NCBI GenBank assembly: GCA_964350735.1 | Contig: CAYGKO010000004.1 | Coordinates: 19,583-83,582 of the forward strand | Direction of reading: 5' to 3' | Length of the DNA: 64,000 nt | Source: an uncultured Candidatus Saccharibacteria bacterium | GTDB lineage: Bacteria; Patescibacteriota; Minisyncoccia; Phycocordibacterales; UBA918 | Part shown: one piece after another, positions 49,615 to 57,515 of the stretch | Layout: each line of letters opens with the position of its first letter | How positions within the stretch are numbered: position 1 is the stretch's first letter | Program-made: the position numbers and the translations under genes | Notes under the pieces: model-generated | The model's input: only the letters and a program-made list of their open reading frames with translations | The model's database searches: none | Told to the model about the DNA's origin: nothing

Positions 49615-50403
49615 TTAGAAGTGTGCGACTGCTAACGTCGTATGTTTTATCGCTTCATCAACCACCTTCCGCATCACTGCCACCGTAGCTACCGGGTTGG
49701 CTCCAACTGCAGTTTCATTCGAAAGCATCGTCGCACTCGCACCATCAAGCACAGCATGGGCAATATCTGAAATATCGGCCCGTGATGGATCAGCATCATC
49801 AATCATTGATGTTAGCATTTCAGTTGCCACAATAGCCGGCTTTCCGACAGCATTACAACGTCGTAAAATATCTTTTTTTACAAACGGTAGGGTCTCAATC
49901 GGAATTGCATCCCCCAAGTCACCCCGAGCAATCATAATACCGTCGGCAGCTGTGATAATCTCATCCAGATTATTGAGTGCTTCCGAACGTTCAATTTTGG
50001 CAATTACTTTAGTCGACACTCGGTGATCTTGCAGCAACGCTTTCAATTCCAAAATATCAGTCGCATCTTTTACAAACGACAAGGCAACGTACTCTAAATC
50101 ATGCTTAACCATAGCAGCTAAATCAGAGCGGTCTTTGTCAGTAATAACCGATGCCGATTGGTCAAAAGTATGGACCACACCTTGCTGCACCCTAGGACCA
50201 GACAAATCTTGAATAATTGGCACCTGTAACCCAAGCCTGACAGCTGCTTGACGCACATCATGCACAAACCGCTGATGTTCTTCGTGTGTACCCCACGAGA
50301 AATTAAGTCGCGCTATCGATAAACCAGCTTCCATCATATTGGTGATGATGGCGCTATCTTTTGAAGCCGGACCAATCGTGGCCACAATTTGAGTAGTAGA
50401 CAT
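49615..50403 (-). CDS. pyk: Minimal pyruvate kinase (A/TIM-barrel domain only; B and C domains absent)
   Basis: 262 aa. It has the PK N-terminus (QIVATIGPAS...ARLNFSWGTHEEH) and PK signature (VIAKIERSEALNNLDEI, MIARGDLGDAIPIE). There is no lid domain insertion after GPRVQ and no C-terminal allosteric domain. Confidence 0.7.
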   Translation of the reverse strand: MSTTQIVATIGPASKDSAIITNMMEAGLSIARLNFSWGTHEEHQRFVHDVRQAAVRLGLQVPIIQDLSGPRVQQGVVHTFDQSASVITDKDRSDLAAMVKHDLEYVALSFVKDATDILELKALLQDHRVSTKVIAKIERSEALNNLDEIITAADGIMIARGDLGDAIPIETLPFVKKDILRRCNAVGKPAIVATEMLTSMIDDADPSRADISDIAHAVLDGASATMLSNETAVGANPVATVAVMRKVVDEAIKHTTLAVAHF

Positions 50404-50406
50404 ACG

Positions 50407-52881
50407 TTAAGAGTAGATAGTAATAAGTCTATTATACTTCACCGCTCGTTCTGACTGACTCGGTGCACCTGCCTTTAAACCAAATGCTTTTGTGCCAAAT
50501 GCTAAATCAGCAATAAAATTATCATCCGTCTCACCACTACGGTGGCTCACAATGCACCAAATTTTATTTTCATAGGCAAGTTGCATGGTGGCCAGTGTAT
50601 CGCTCAGCGTCCCGATCTGATTAGGCTTAATAATCAACGCATTCACTGCATTACAGTCGATCGCTTTTTGTAACTGCTCAACATTTGTAGTGGTCAAATC
50701 ATCACCGATGGTCAGCACCCCTGGGTGCGCCTCGTGATAGGAGGCAAAAGCCTTCATATCATGCTCTTGATATGGATCTTCGACCATTTGTAGCATTGGG
50801 AATTTTTTATGGAGTTCAGTATAAAAATCAAGCATACCTTCGACACTAAGGATTTCTCCTCCTAGTGCATATGCTTCCTTTTTATAAAACGAACTAGCGG
50901 CCACATCAGTTCCAATCAAAATTGGAACTTCACACTGAGCTCGTTTAATCGCTGTGGCAATATGCGCAAACGGTTCGAATACATCATGACTCGGAATCAC
51001 AAAGCCACCTTCATCACCGACAGTGATCTCTTTGTGTTTGTAAGTCTCATGCAATACCTCCCGCAGCTCTCGCTGCACTTGTTTTACAGCCGCTAGTGCT
51101 GCCTGTACATCATCAGTGTCTGGAATAATTTGATGTTCTTGAATTGCACTACCCACCTTGGCGTGTTGACCACCATTAATGAGATTGACGAATAATCGCG
51201 GTGCAACTGACTGCTCTCGATATGAAAAGAGTTCTGCGATATGCTGCCAGGTTTCGACTCCCTTCACTGCTGCAGCCGCTTTACACGCAGCCACACTAAT
51301 ACCAAGTGCAAGATTCCCGCCAATAGCAGCGAAGTTTTTAGTCCCATCAATTGTATGCAACGCGGCATCAAGCGCAGCCTGGTCGGTCACGTCCATACCC
51401 AGCAGCACTGACTGCACTTTCTTTTGTAGTATCTGTACTGCTTTGTGGGCAGGAAGCACCGCCACTTCATACTCACCAGTACTGGCCCCACTTGGTACGC
51501 TGAACGTACCAGTTTCGCCACCAGCTATGACACTCACTTGAACAGTTGGCTTCCCTCGGGAGTCTTGTATCACTCGTGCTTCTACGTCAGTGATTGCTGT
51601 ATCGGTCAATTCCGACTGCGCAGTAATGAGGAGCATCAAGTCTGACACATTTGACTCCAGCAATCCGGTTTTAATATGCCCTCCAGTTGTATTGAAAAAC
51701 GGGAAGGAATCAAAGCGCTCTAAATGATCAGCAATTGACAAGGCTCGCTCTGCTGCGCGGATAACAATTTCTTCATCAGCAATCGCTCCAGCCATGTCAG
51801 TATTATCACGTCCATCAGACGCTAGCGAAACAAAGGCTTGATTAGGCTCAAGTGCTGACAACATACTGAGCGCTAAATAACTATTGCGACCACCAGTCCC
51901 ATCCGCTGCTTCAGTCACCATTACTTTTGTTTCTCCACCCATACAGCGCGCTACACCGCTACCCGCTTCTTCTAAGAGTAATTCTTTAGTTTCAGGCGCT
52001 GTGGTGTACTGAGTAGCGGACACCAGGTCAGCTCGATATGATAATGCTTCGGCTTTTTCCTGCATTGCATTCAAGGCTGTGACATTCGAAGCAATCGTGA
52101 AGTTATGCACTCGCTCAAAATACTTTGGCTCCTTTGGGGTCTCCACTAGTCGAAATGAACCCAGCGCATATTTCTCAATCAGCGCTTGGGCGTCATGAAT
52201 CGTGGTGGTGTCAAAACAGGTCGGACCAGAGGCTACAGCTGCTATATCACCACCTGGCACATCAGAAAAAACTAACCCTGCGACCGTTGCTGGGTAGAGA
52301 GCTTTAGCTAGTCCTCCACCTTTAAGGTGTGAGATATGCTTGCGGACAATATTCAATTCTTCAATCGTGCCGCCGCTTTGTAGGAATGATTCAAACAACT
52401 GAATCCCTTGAGTGCACTCCCCCATCGATGAGCACAACAGCGCGGAACCTCCTCCAGACACAACTACTAGTACCAAGTCTCGCTCTTTAGCAGTGCGTGC
52501 CACTTCTTCAATGTGTTTGGTGGCAGTATAGTTTTGTTGCGATGGTAATGGATGCGTACCGGCATACGTATCAACTACCTGACAAACTTTTTCGGCCACG
52601 CCAATCACTGCACCATTTTTTACTCGGCCATTTAAAATCTGCTCCAGAGTGTGCGCAGCAGTACAAGCCACCTTGCCAAACCCGATGACGTACACATGTT
52701 CGTGCTCACGTAGGTCAAATTGATGCCCTTGAATCTGTAACACATCATCACAGAGAGTAATATTGTTGTTAAGAACTGTCTTTGTATCAATCGCTTGCAG
52801 GCCTGCTTCTGCAATCAATAAAGCATCCCGCCGCAGGGGTGAAGTTGCTAGTTCGTCAAAATTTTTAATAATCTGCCTCAT
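50407..52881 (-). CDS. Fusion protein: glycerate 2-kinase (MOFRL/GckA family) fused to enolase
   Basis: 824 aa. Roughly the first 400 aa carry DUF4147/MOFRL features (VVVSGGGSALL, C-terminal TG..SNVSDLMLLI). The enolase part follows (IQDSRGKPTVQVSV...SVPSGASTGEYE and C-terminal SHRSGETDDNFIADLAFG...PSQSERAVKYNRL). It is one uninterrupted frame whose start overlaps the upstream dehydrogenase stop by 4 bp. Confidence 0.8.
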   Translation of the reverse strand: MRQIIKNFDELATSPLRRDALLIAEAGLQAIDTKTVLNNNITLCDDVLQIQGHQFDLREHEHVYVIGFGKVACTAAHTLEQILNGRVKNGAVIGVAEKVCQVVDTYAGTHPLPSQQNYTATKHIEEVARTAKERDLVLVVVSGGGSALLCSSMGECTQGIQLFESFLQSGGTIEELNIVRKHISHLKGGGLAKALYPATVAGLVFSDVPGGDIAAVASGPTCFDTTTIHDAQALIEKYALGSFRLVETPKEPKYFERVHNFTIASNVTALNAMQEKAEALSYRADLVSATQYTTAPETKELLLEEAGSGVARCMGGETKVMVTEAADGTGGRNSYLALSMLSALEPNQAFVSLASDGRDNTDMAGAIADEEIVIRAAERALSIADHLERFDSFPFFNTTGGHIKTGLLESNVSDLMLLITAQSELTDTAITDVEARVIQDSRGKPTVQVSVIAGGETGTFSVPSGASTGEYEVAVLPAHKAVQILQKKVQSVLLGMDVTDQAALDAALHTIDGTKNFAAIGGNLALGISVAACKAAAAVKGVETWQHIAELFSYREQSVAPRLFVNLINGGQHAKVGSAIQEHQIIPDTDDVQAALAAVKQVQRELREVLHETYKHKEITVGDEGGFVIPSHDVFEPFAHIATAIKRAQCEVPILIGTDVAASSFYKKEAYALGGEILSVEGMLDFYTELHKKFPMLQMVEDPYQEHDMKAFASYHEAHPGVLTIGDDLTTTNVEQLQKAIDCNAVNALIIKPNQIGTLSDTLATMQLAYENKIWCIVSHRSGETDDNFIADLAFGTKAFGLKAGAPSQSERAVKYNRLITIYS

Positions 52882-53885
52882 ACTGATACCTGATTTGCCG
52901 CTACTCCAGCTGCAAATGACTGGATGTTACTCACCGTAATATCAGTGATTTCCCGCTTGGCTTCAGCGGTGTTAAAAGCAATATGTGGTGTCACGATCAC
53001 ATTCGACATATCAATGAGCGCATGATCGGCCACTAGGGTTTCCCATAGTGTAGCGTCGACATTTTGTGCGACCAGTAACTCAGCCTCCTCGCGTAATTCG
53101 TGCTCTCCTTCAAGCACATCAAGTCCGGCTCCAGCTATATGTCCGGACTGCAGTGCCTCTACCAAAGCTTTGGTGTCGACCACTTCGCCACGAGCGGTAT
53201 TTATTAAATAGCTACCCGACTTCATCAAAGCTAGTTTTTCTGCATTTAGTAGATGGTGTGTAGCGGGAATAGCAGGTACGTGCAACGTCACGATATCAGC
53301 CTGAATCAATACTTCATCAAGCGACTGATATTGCAGCGCCTGCTCATTTGCGAACCCCTCATCTGGCTGTACGTCATAGGCGACTACATTCATACCGATC
53401 CCTCTTGCGATCTCACATACACTGCGTCCGATCGCGCCGGTACCCACCACCCCTAAAGTCTTTCCGTACAGATCAAACCCTTCATACGTTGCAAAATTTG
53501 TTACCCCTGCATCTTTCTGCATATCAGTATACGAACGAAAGGCGTTCCGCGACAACGCAAACATGAGCGCAATCGCATATTCAGCGACCGTACGCGTGCC
53601 ATAGTGCGGGACGCGGCACACTACCATCCCTCGTTCAGCTGCCGCCGCAACATCAATATGATCATATCCAGCCGAACGCGCGGCAATCAATTTTAAATTT
53701 GGAAATAAACTAAGTGTTTCAGTAGTAACTGGAGAGTCAACAAATACACTTAAAACCTCCATCGCTTCACGATCGGCAACAGATAATTCCTCGACACTTT
53801 CAACCACCACCCACTCATGAGCAGGCGCTGTTGCTGCCAAAATATCGATCTCGCCTGGATACGGTCGAACATAGCCTATTTTCAT
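52878..53885 (-). CDS. D-isomer-specific 2-hydroxyacid dehydrogenase (glycerate dehydrogenase/hydroxypyruvate reductase-like)
   Basis: 335 aa with NAD-binding GKTLGVVGTGAIGRSV and the catalytic His region in PHIAFNT. Confidence 0.8.
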   Translation of the reverse strand: MKIGYVRPYPGEIDILAATAPAHEWVVVESVEELSVADREAMEVLSVFVDSPVTTETLSLFPNLKLIAARSAGYDHIDVAAAAERGMVVCRVPHYGTRTVAEYAIALMFALSRNAFRSYTDMQKDAGVTNFATYEGFDLYGKTLGVVGTGAIGRSVCEIARGIGMNVVAYDVQPDEGFANEQALQYQSLDEVLIQADIVTLHVPAIPATHHLLNAEKLALMKSGSYLINTARGEVVDTKALVEALQSGHIAGAGLDVLEGEHELREEAELLVAQNVDATLWETLVADHALIDMSNVIVTPHIAFNTAEAKREITDITVSNIQSFAAGVAANQVSV

Positions 53886-54040
53886 AGCTGTATTCTACCT
53901 TGATTTAAACACCAGCAATGAAGCCTATCAACATTTTGTGTTGCCGGACAAGGATTCGAATCTTACAGATTCTGTGCAGCGTTTGGATATTTATATTCGC
54001 TTCGCTCTATAAATATCTCAAACCGCTTTTCGAATCCCTC

Positions 54041-54063
54041 GTAACAGTCCCCCGGACTGTTAC
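54041..54063. repeat. Perfect 10-bp-stem hairpin near tRNA-like fragments
   Basis: The hairpin is gtaacagtcc-ccc-ggactgttac. Degenerate GATTCGAATCC (T-loop-like) fragments flank it at about 53950-53965 and 54030-54040. Confidence 0.35.
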
Positions 54064-54075
54064 TTATCGCGCTGC

Positions 54076-54107
54076 TGTAAAAACAAAAATCTCCTAACGG
54101 AGATTTT
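54076..54107 (-). terminator. Terminator downstream of tRNA-Gln
   Basis: On the minus strand AAAATCTCC-gtta-GGAGATTTT is followed by TGTTTTT. Confidence 0.45.
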
Positions 54108-54117
54108 ATGCTAACAG

Positions 54118-54188
54118 CTGCCCGACAGGGATTCGAACCCCAGTTGACGGTACCAGAAACCGCAGTCCTACCACTAGACGATCGGGCA
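54118..54188 (-). tRNA. tRNA-Gln (anticodon CUG), 71 nt
   Basis: A manual fold gives acceptor TGCCCGA/TCGGGCA, D-arm GTCT-AGTGGTA-GGAC, anticodon stem GCGGT/ACCGT with loop TTCTGGT, and T-arm TGGGG-TTCGAAT-CCCTG. G37 is unusual and there are two G.U pairs in the T-stem. Confidence 0.6.
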
Positions 54189-54249
54189 ATATACTTCTGA
54201 CGAAGTGAGTTATATACTGCCAGAATTTGCGTAAGATTCAAGCTTGATG

Positions 54250-54891
54250 TTACCGCTTGCTGACATCTATCTTTTCGATCAATTCCCAGGCGCAGGTATG
54301 CGACGCTGCGTTCTCATTAAAATGTAGATGAAACACTTCAGTATTTTTAGTCCGGAGAGTATTCAAAATACCTTTGGCATACTGATAAAACGACAAATCA
54401 ATCTCGTTACAGATCAACTCTACAAACAAATTCATAAAGATGGCGTGTGACACTACCACCACCCGATCCCCTTTACTCTCTCCGATCGCATCTTTGGCAT
54501 CGTGAATCCGATTACGAATATCAAACATGTTCTCAGCGCCTTCGTGTTGCCAATCGTTATTATCTCGCTGCCAGAAAAAGTCTTTCAGATATCTAAATGA
54601 TGCCAGCGAAGCATGTTTCTTGCCATACAAACTATCGGGTCGACGGAACTCAGCTACACTTGGTAGCGGCATGATCGGTACATTGACATGCGACTCGATA
54701 ATCTCAGCTGTCTCACGGGCGCGAACCAACGGACTGGCAAAGAGCGTATCAATCGACTGGCTCACCAAATACTGCCCCACCGTGTGCGCCTGCTGCCTCC
54801 CCTTCTCATTAAGGGGTGATTCGGGCAGTTGATGCACGTGCTTGGCATTGAAGGCCGTCTGACCATGTCGTACAAAAAAGATCTCCATCAA
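54250..54891 (-). CDS. Histidine phosphatase superfamily protein (phosphoglycerate mutase-like), paralog A
   Basis: 213 aa with the N-terminal catalytic RHG motif (IFFVRHGQTAFN). Confidence 0.7.
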   Translation of the reverse strand: MMEIFFVRHGQTAFNAKHVHQLPESPLNEKGRQQAHTVGQYLVSQSIDTLFASPLVRARETAEIIESHVNVPIMPLPSVAEFRRPDSLYGKKHASLASFRYLKDFFWQRDNNDWQHEGAENMFDIRNRIHDAKDAIGESKGDRVVVVSHAIFMNLFVELICNEIDLSFYQYAKGILNTLRTKNTEVFHLHFNENAASHTCAWELIEKIDVSKR

Positions 54892-54960
54892 AAAACTTAT
54901 TAGATACTAGTATGGTAGCACTCTCACCGAGTGATTTTGACTGTGTACTAACAAAAAACT

Positions 54961-55587
54961 TTATTCAGCGAAGTGCGCGTGGTCGTTCCAAGTCAAAAGC
55001 TGCCAATTTGTTTCAGGACTATACTGAAAAACAGTTATACCCGTATTCGACAGTCGCAATGCTTTATACATCTGGGCCCACAGCTCTGGGGTTGGAACGC
55101 CAGAACTTAATACATACGTGGCAAAAAACTTTGCAATATACTCATGGGAAACCACCATAGTATCTCCAGATTTTTCTTGTAGCAGATCAAATGCTGTTTT
55201 GGTGCGATCGGTTAATTCTGTAAAGCTTTCTGAATCTTCAAACTTCCAATCAGCTTCATGCAGATTTGCCACTTCTGCTTCTCTATACATGACATACTCG
55301 GGAAGAGTTTTATCCCAACCATCAAAACGAGAAGGACGCTTACGCTCGGCAAACAAATCACTTACTTCAACGCTGTGTGAAGTAATCGATGCGACAGCTG
55401 CTGCCGTGTCAGAAGCCCGAGCTGCTGGACTTGAATAGAGTGTCTCAAACTGCAAACTGCCGGCTCGTGCCGCAAGCAAGGACGCCTCCTTTACTCCCAA
55501 ATCATTCAACGGTGTCTGGGCTGATTGCTGAATATTACCTACTGAACCGTCAGTCGCTCCATGACGGACAAAATACACTCGTTTCAT
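54961..55587 (-). CDS. Histidine phosphatase superfamily protein (phosphoglycerate mutase-like), paralog B
   Basis: 208 aa with the RHG motif (VYFVRHGATDGS). It is a tandem paralog of the preceding gene. Confidence 0.7.
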   Translation of the reverse strand: MKRVYFVRHGATDGSVGNIQQSAQTPLNDLGVKEASLLAARAGSLQFETLYSSPAARASDTAAAVASITSHSVEVSDLFAERKRPSRFDGWDKTLPEYVMYREAEVANLHEADWKFEDSESFTELTDRTKTAFDLLQEKSGDTMVVSHEYIAKFFATYVLSSGVPTPELWAQMYKALRLSNTGITVFQYSPETNWQLLTWNDHAHFAE

Positions 55588-55589
55588 GG

Positions 55590-56648
55590 CTAGTTTTTTT
55601 CAGCTTGTTCTAATAAGACAATTTCAAGTGGCAACTGTGTCAGTGCGGTGTGTTGAATCTGGGCTGAAGCTTCCAGCAAACGAACCAGCAGGTGCGAGTT
55701 GATAGCGGAAGTACTGGCGGTAGCGATCGACTTGACGAGCTCTCGATCTCCTTCGCCAAAAGGGGCCAGGAGTTCTGCTTCTCTCGCTGGCACATTCCGC
55801 AACATCATGACGGCCCGCACCCGCTCGAGTAGCAGTCTGGTGAACAACTTCATATCAACATGATCTCCTTTGGCCGCAGCAATCGCTGCCGTTCCTTTCT
55901 CAACGTCTTTTTCATGCAGTGCCGACAGCACATCACCCACCAAAGCAGTCCTAGGAGCACCAATGATAGTCGCCACTTCATCAGCGTCACCAATAGTGTC
56001 GCCTGAGGCCAAGATGACTTTCTGAGTCACTCCTAAAGCATCTCGAAACGACCCATCAGCTGCGATTGCAATCAAGTCTGCCGCCTCTGGCTTGAGTGAG
56101 AAACCTTCTTTCTTAGCCACATCTGTAACTGTTGCCGCCAAAACTTCCCGCGACGGAGAACGCATGGTGAACACCTGACACCGCGAGAGGATGGTATCGA
56201 GCAACTTCTCTACTTCAGTCGTAGCTAAGATAAATATCACGTGCGCTGGCGGCTCTTCCAGCGTCTTCAAAAGTGCATTGAACGCTTCTTTGGTGAGCAT
56301 GTGTACCTCATCGATGATGTAGACCTTGCGTTCACTTTCGTACGGCAGTGTATGCACTGCTTCACGCAGCTCACGGATGTCGTCAATCCCCCGATTACTC
56401 GCCGCATCAATCTCATACAAATCTACATCGCTCGTACCAATCTCACGCGCAAAAATACGCGCCAAAGTAGTCTTCCCCGTCCCTCGTCCGCCGCAAAATA
56501 ATAAAGCATGTGGAATAGCCTTTTTCTTGATCGCTCCTTCGAGCACCGTCACAATATGGTCTTGATCGCGCACTTCTGCGAATGTCTGCGGCCGGTACTT
56601 ACGGTACAGCGCTCCCGTGGTTTCTGTCATATATGAGTAGTATACCAT
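55590..56648 (-). CDS. dnaX: DNA polymerase III subunit gamma/tau (short form)
   Basis: 352 aa with KYRPQTFAEV, Walker A GGRGTGKTT, EIDAASNRGIDDIRE, DEVHMLTKEAFNALLKTLEEPP and the SRC motif. The start may be at the internal MTETTG. Confidence 0.8.
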   Translation of the reverse strand: MVYYSYMTETTGALYRKYRPQTFAEVRDQDHIVTVLEGAIKKKAIPHALLFCGGRGTGKTTLARIFAREIGTSDVDLYEIDAASNRGIDDIRELREAVHTLPYESERKVYIIDEVHMLTKEAFNALLKTLEEPPAHVIFILATTEVEKLLDTILSRCQVFTMRSPSREVLAATVTDVAKKEGFSLKPEAADLIAIAADGSFRDALGVTQKVILASGDTIGDADEVATIIGAPRTALVGDVLSALHEKDVEKGTAAIAAAKGDHVDMKLFTRLLLERVRAVMMLRNVPAREAELLAPFGEGDRELVKSIATASTSAINSHLLVRLLEASAQIQHTALTQLPLEIVLLEQAEKN

Positions 56649-56692
56649 TTAGAAAAATCGGCCGCCCCGTGGGGCGGCCGATTTTTCTAAGT

Positions 56693-57205
56693 TTACTTAG
56701 CAGCTTTTTTCACAACCTTCTTAACTGCCTTCTTTGGTACCTTCTTAGGTGTTTTTATAACTTTCTTCACTGTCTTCTTTGGGGCTTTTTTGACTGTCTT
56801 CTTAGCGGTTTTCGCTGTCTTTTTTGCCACTACTCCAGAGACTTCTTTGATCAACTTCCCGGCGTCTTCGATGCCTGGCCAATGATCTTTCATTTCTCGT
56901 TTGAAGGTCGCAATGTCAGCCTTACTCGCAGTCTTAAGTCGTGAGTACGAAGATGAGACAGTGTCTACCAATTTTTCATATTCTGCCTGTGACATTTGTT
57001 CAACATCCTCGAGTGTCTCGAGCACTTCCGCCTTTGCTTTAAGCATCCAACTTTTTACTTTTGTTCGATTCTTCTGTGCATCAGAACTCACCCCCAAGAA
57101 ATAGGCTCCGGCCGCTGCCACCGCTGCTGCAGTCAAACCAACACCAATCCCAACTTTCTGCTGGGTAGACATACTTGCTTTCTTAGCTGTTTTTTTCGTT
57201 GCCAT
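56693..57205 (-). CDS. Membrane-anchored protein with a lysine-rich histone-H1-like C-terminal tail
   Basis: The start is taken at MATKKTAKKAS. There is one TM helix (VGIGVGLTAAAVAAAGAYFLGV). The tail reads AKKTAKTAKKTVKKAPKKTVKKVIKTPKKVPKKAVKKVVKKAAK. Confidence 0.4.
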   Translation of the reverse strand: MATKKTAKKASMSTQQKVGIGVGLTAAAVAAAGAYFLGVSSDAQKNRTKVKSWMLKAKAEVLETLEDVEQMSQAEYEKLVDTVSSSYSRLKTASKADIATFKREMKDHWPGIEDAGKLIKEVSGVVAKKTAKTAKKTVKKAPKKTVKKVIKTPKKVPKKAVKKVVKKAAK

Positions 57206-57212
57206 AAATGAT

Positions 57213-57497
57213 TTACTCTTCAGAAGATTTAGTTCGTCTCCGACGTTTGGGAGCAGCGGCACCAGGCACAAAACTCATCACAAAAGAAATGAGTCGAGCG
57301 GGATTGAGGTTAGCGCGAATACTTTCTATATCATCTGCCAACACCTCACTTCCCATCTCTACCCGCTCTACAATCCGTCTGATCGATCGAACAATTTTAA
57401 TAAGCTGGTAAAGCAATACACACACTAAAATTGTCAGTGCTACCACTCCAAGTGAGGCGATAACAAAAAATATATTTGCGTGCAGTACTTCATCCAT
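57213..57497 (-). CDS. Small hypothetical membrane protein
   Basis: 94 aa with one TM and a basic C-terminus. Confidence 0.3.
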   Translation of the reverse strand: MDEVLHANIFFVIASLGVVALTILVCVLLYQLIKIVRSIRRIVERVEMGSEVLADDIESIRANLNPARLISFVMSFVPGAAAPKRRRRTKSSEE

Positions 57498-57515
57498 GTC
57501 ACTAGTGTATCAGAT

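Noticed and set aside
51179-51645. Plus-strand ORFs inside the glycerate-kinase/enolase fusion gene
   Set aside because: They are antisense to a conserved enzyme-coding region and have Ala/Ser-rich low-complexity translations.
53945-53985. Possible additional tRNA (contains GATTCGAATCC)
   Set aside because: A T-stem cannot be formed (the 53:61 positions are A:C rather than G:C) and no matching acceptor or anticodon arms were found. It is treated as a degenerate fragment.
53963-54241. 92-aa minus-strand ORF
   Set aside because: It completely overlaps tRNA-Gln, its terminator and the tRNA-like fragments. The locus is non-coding RNA.
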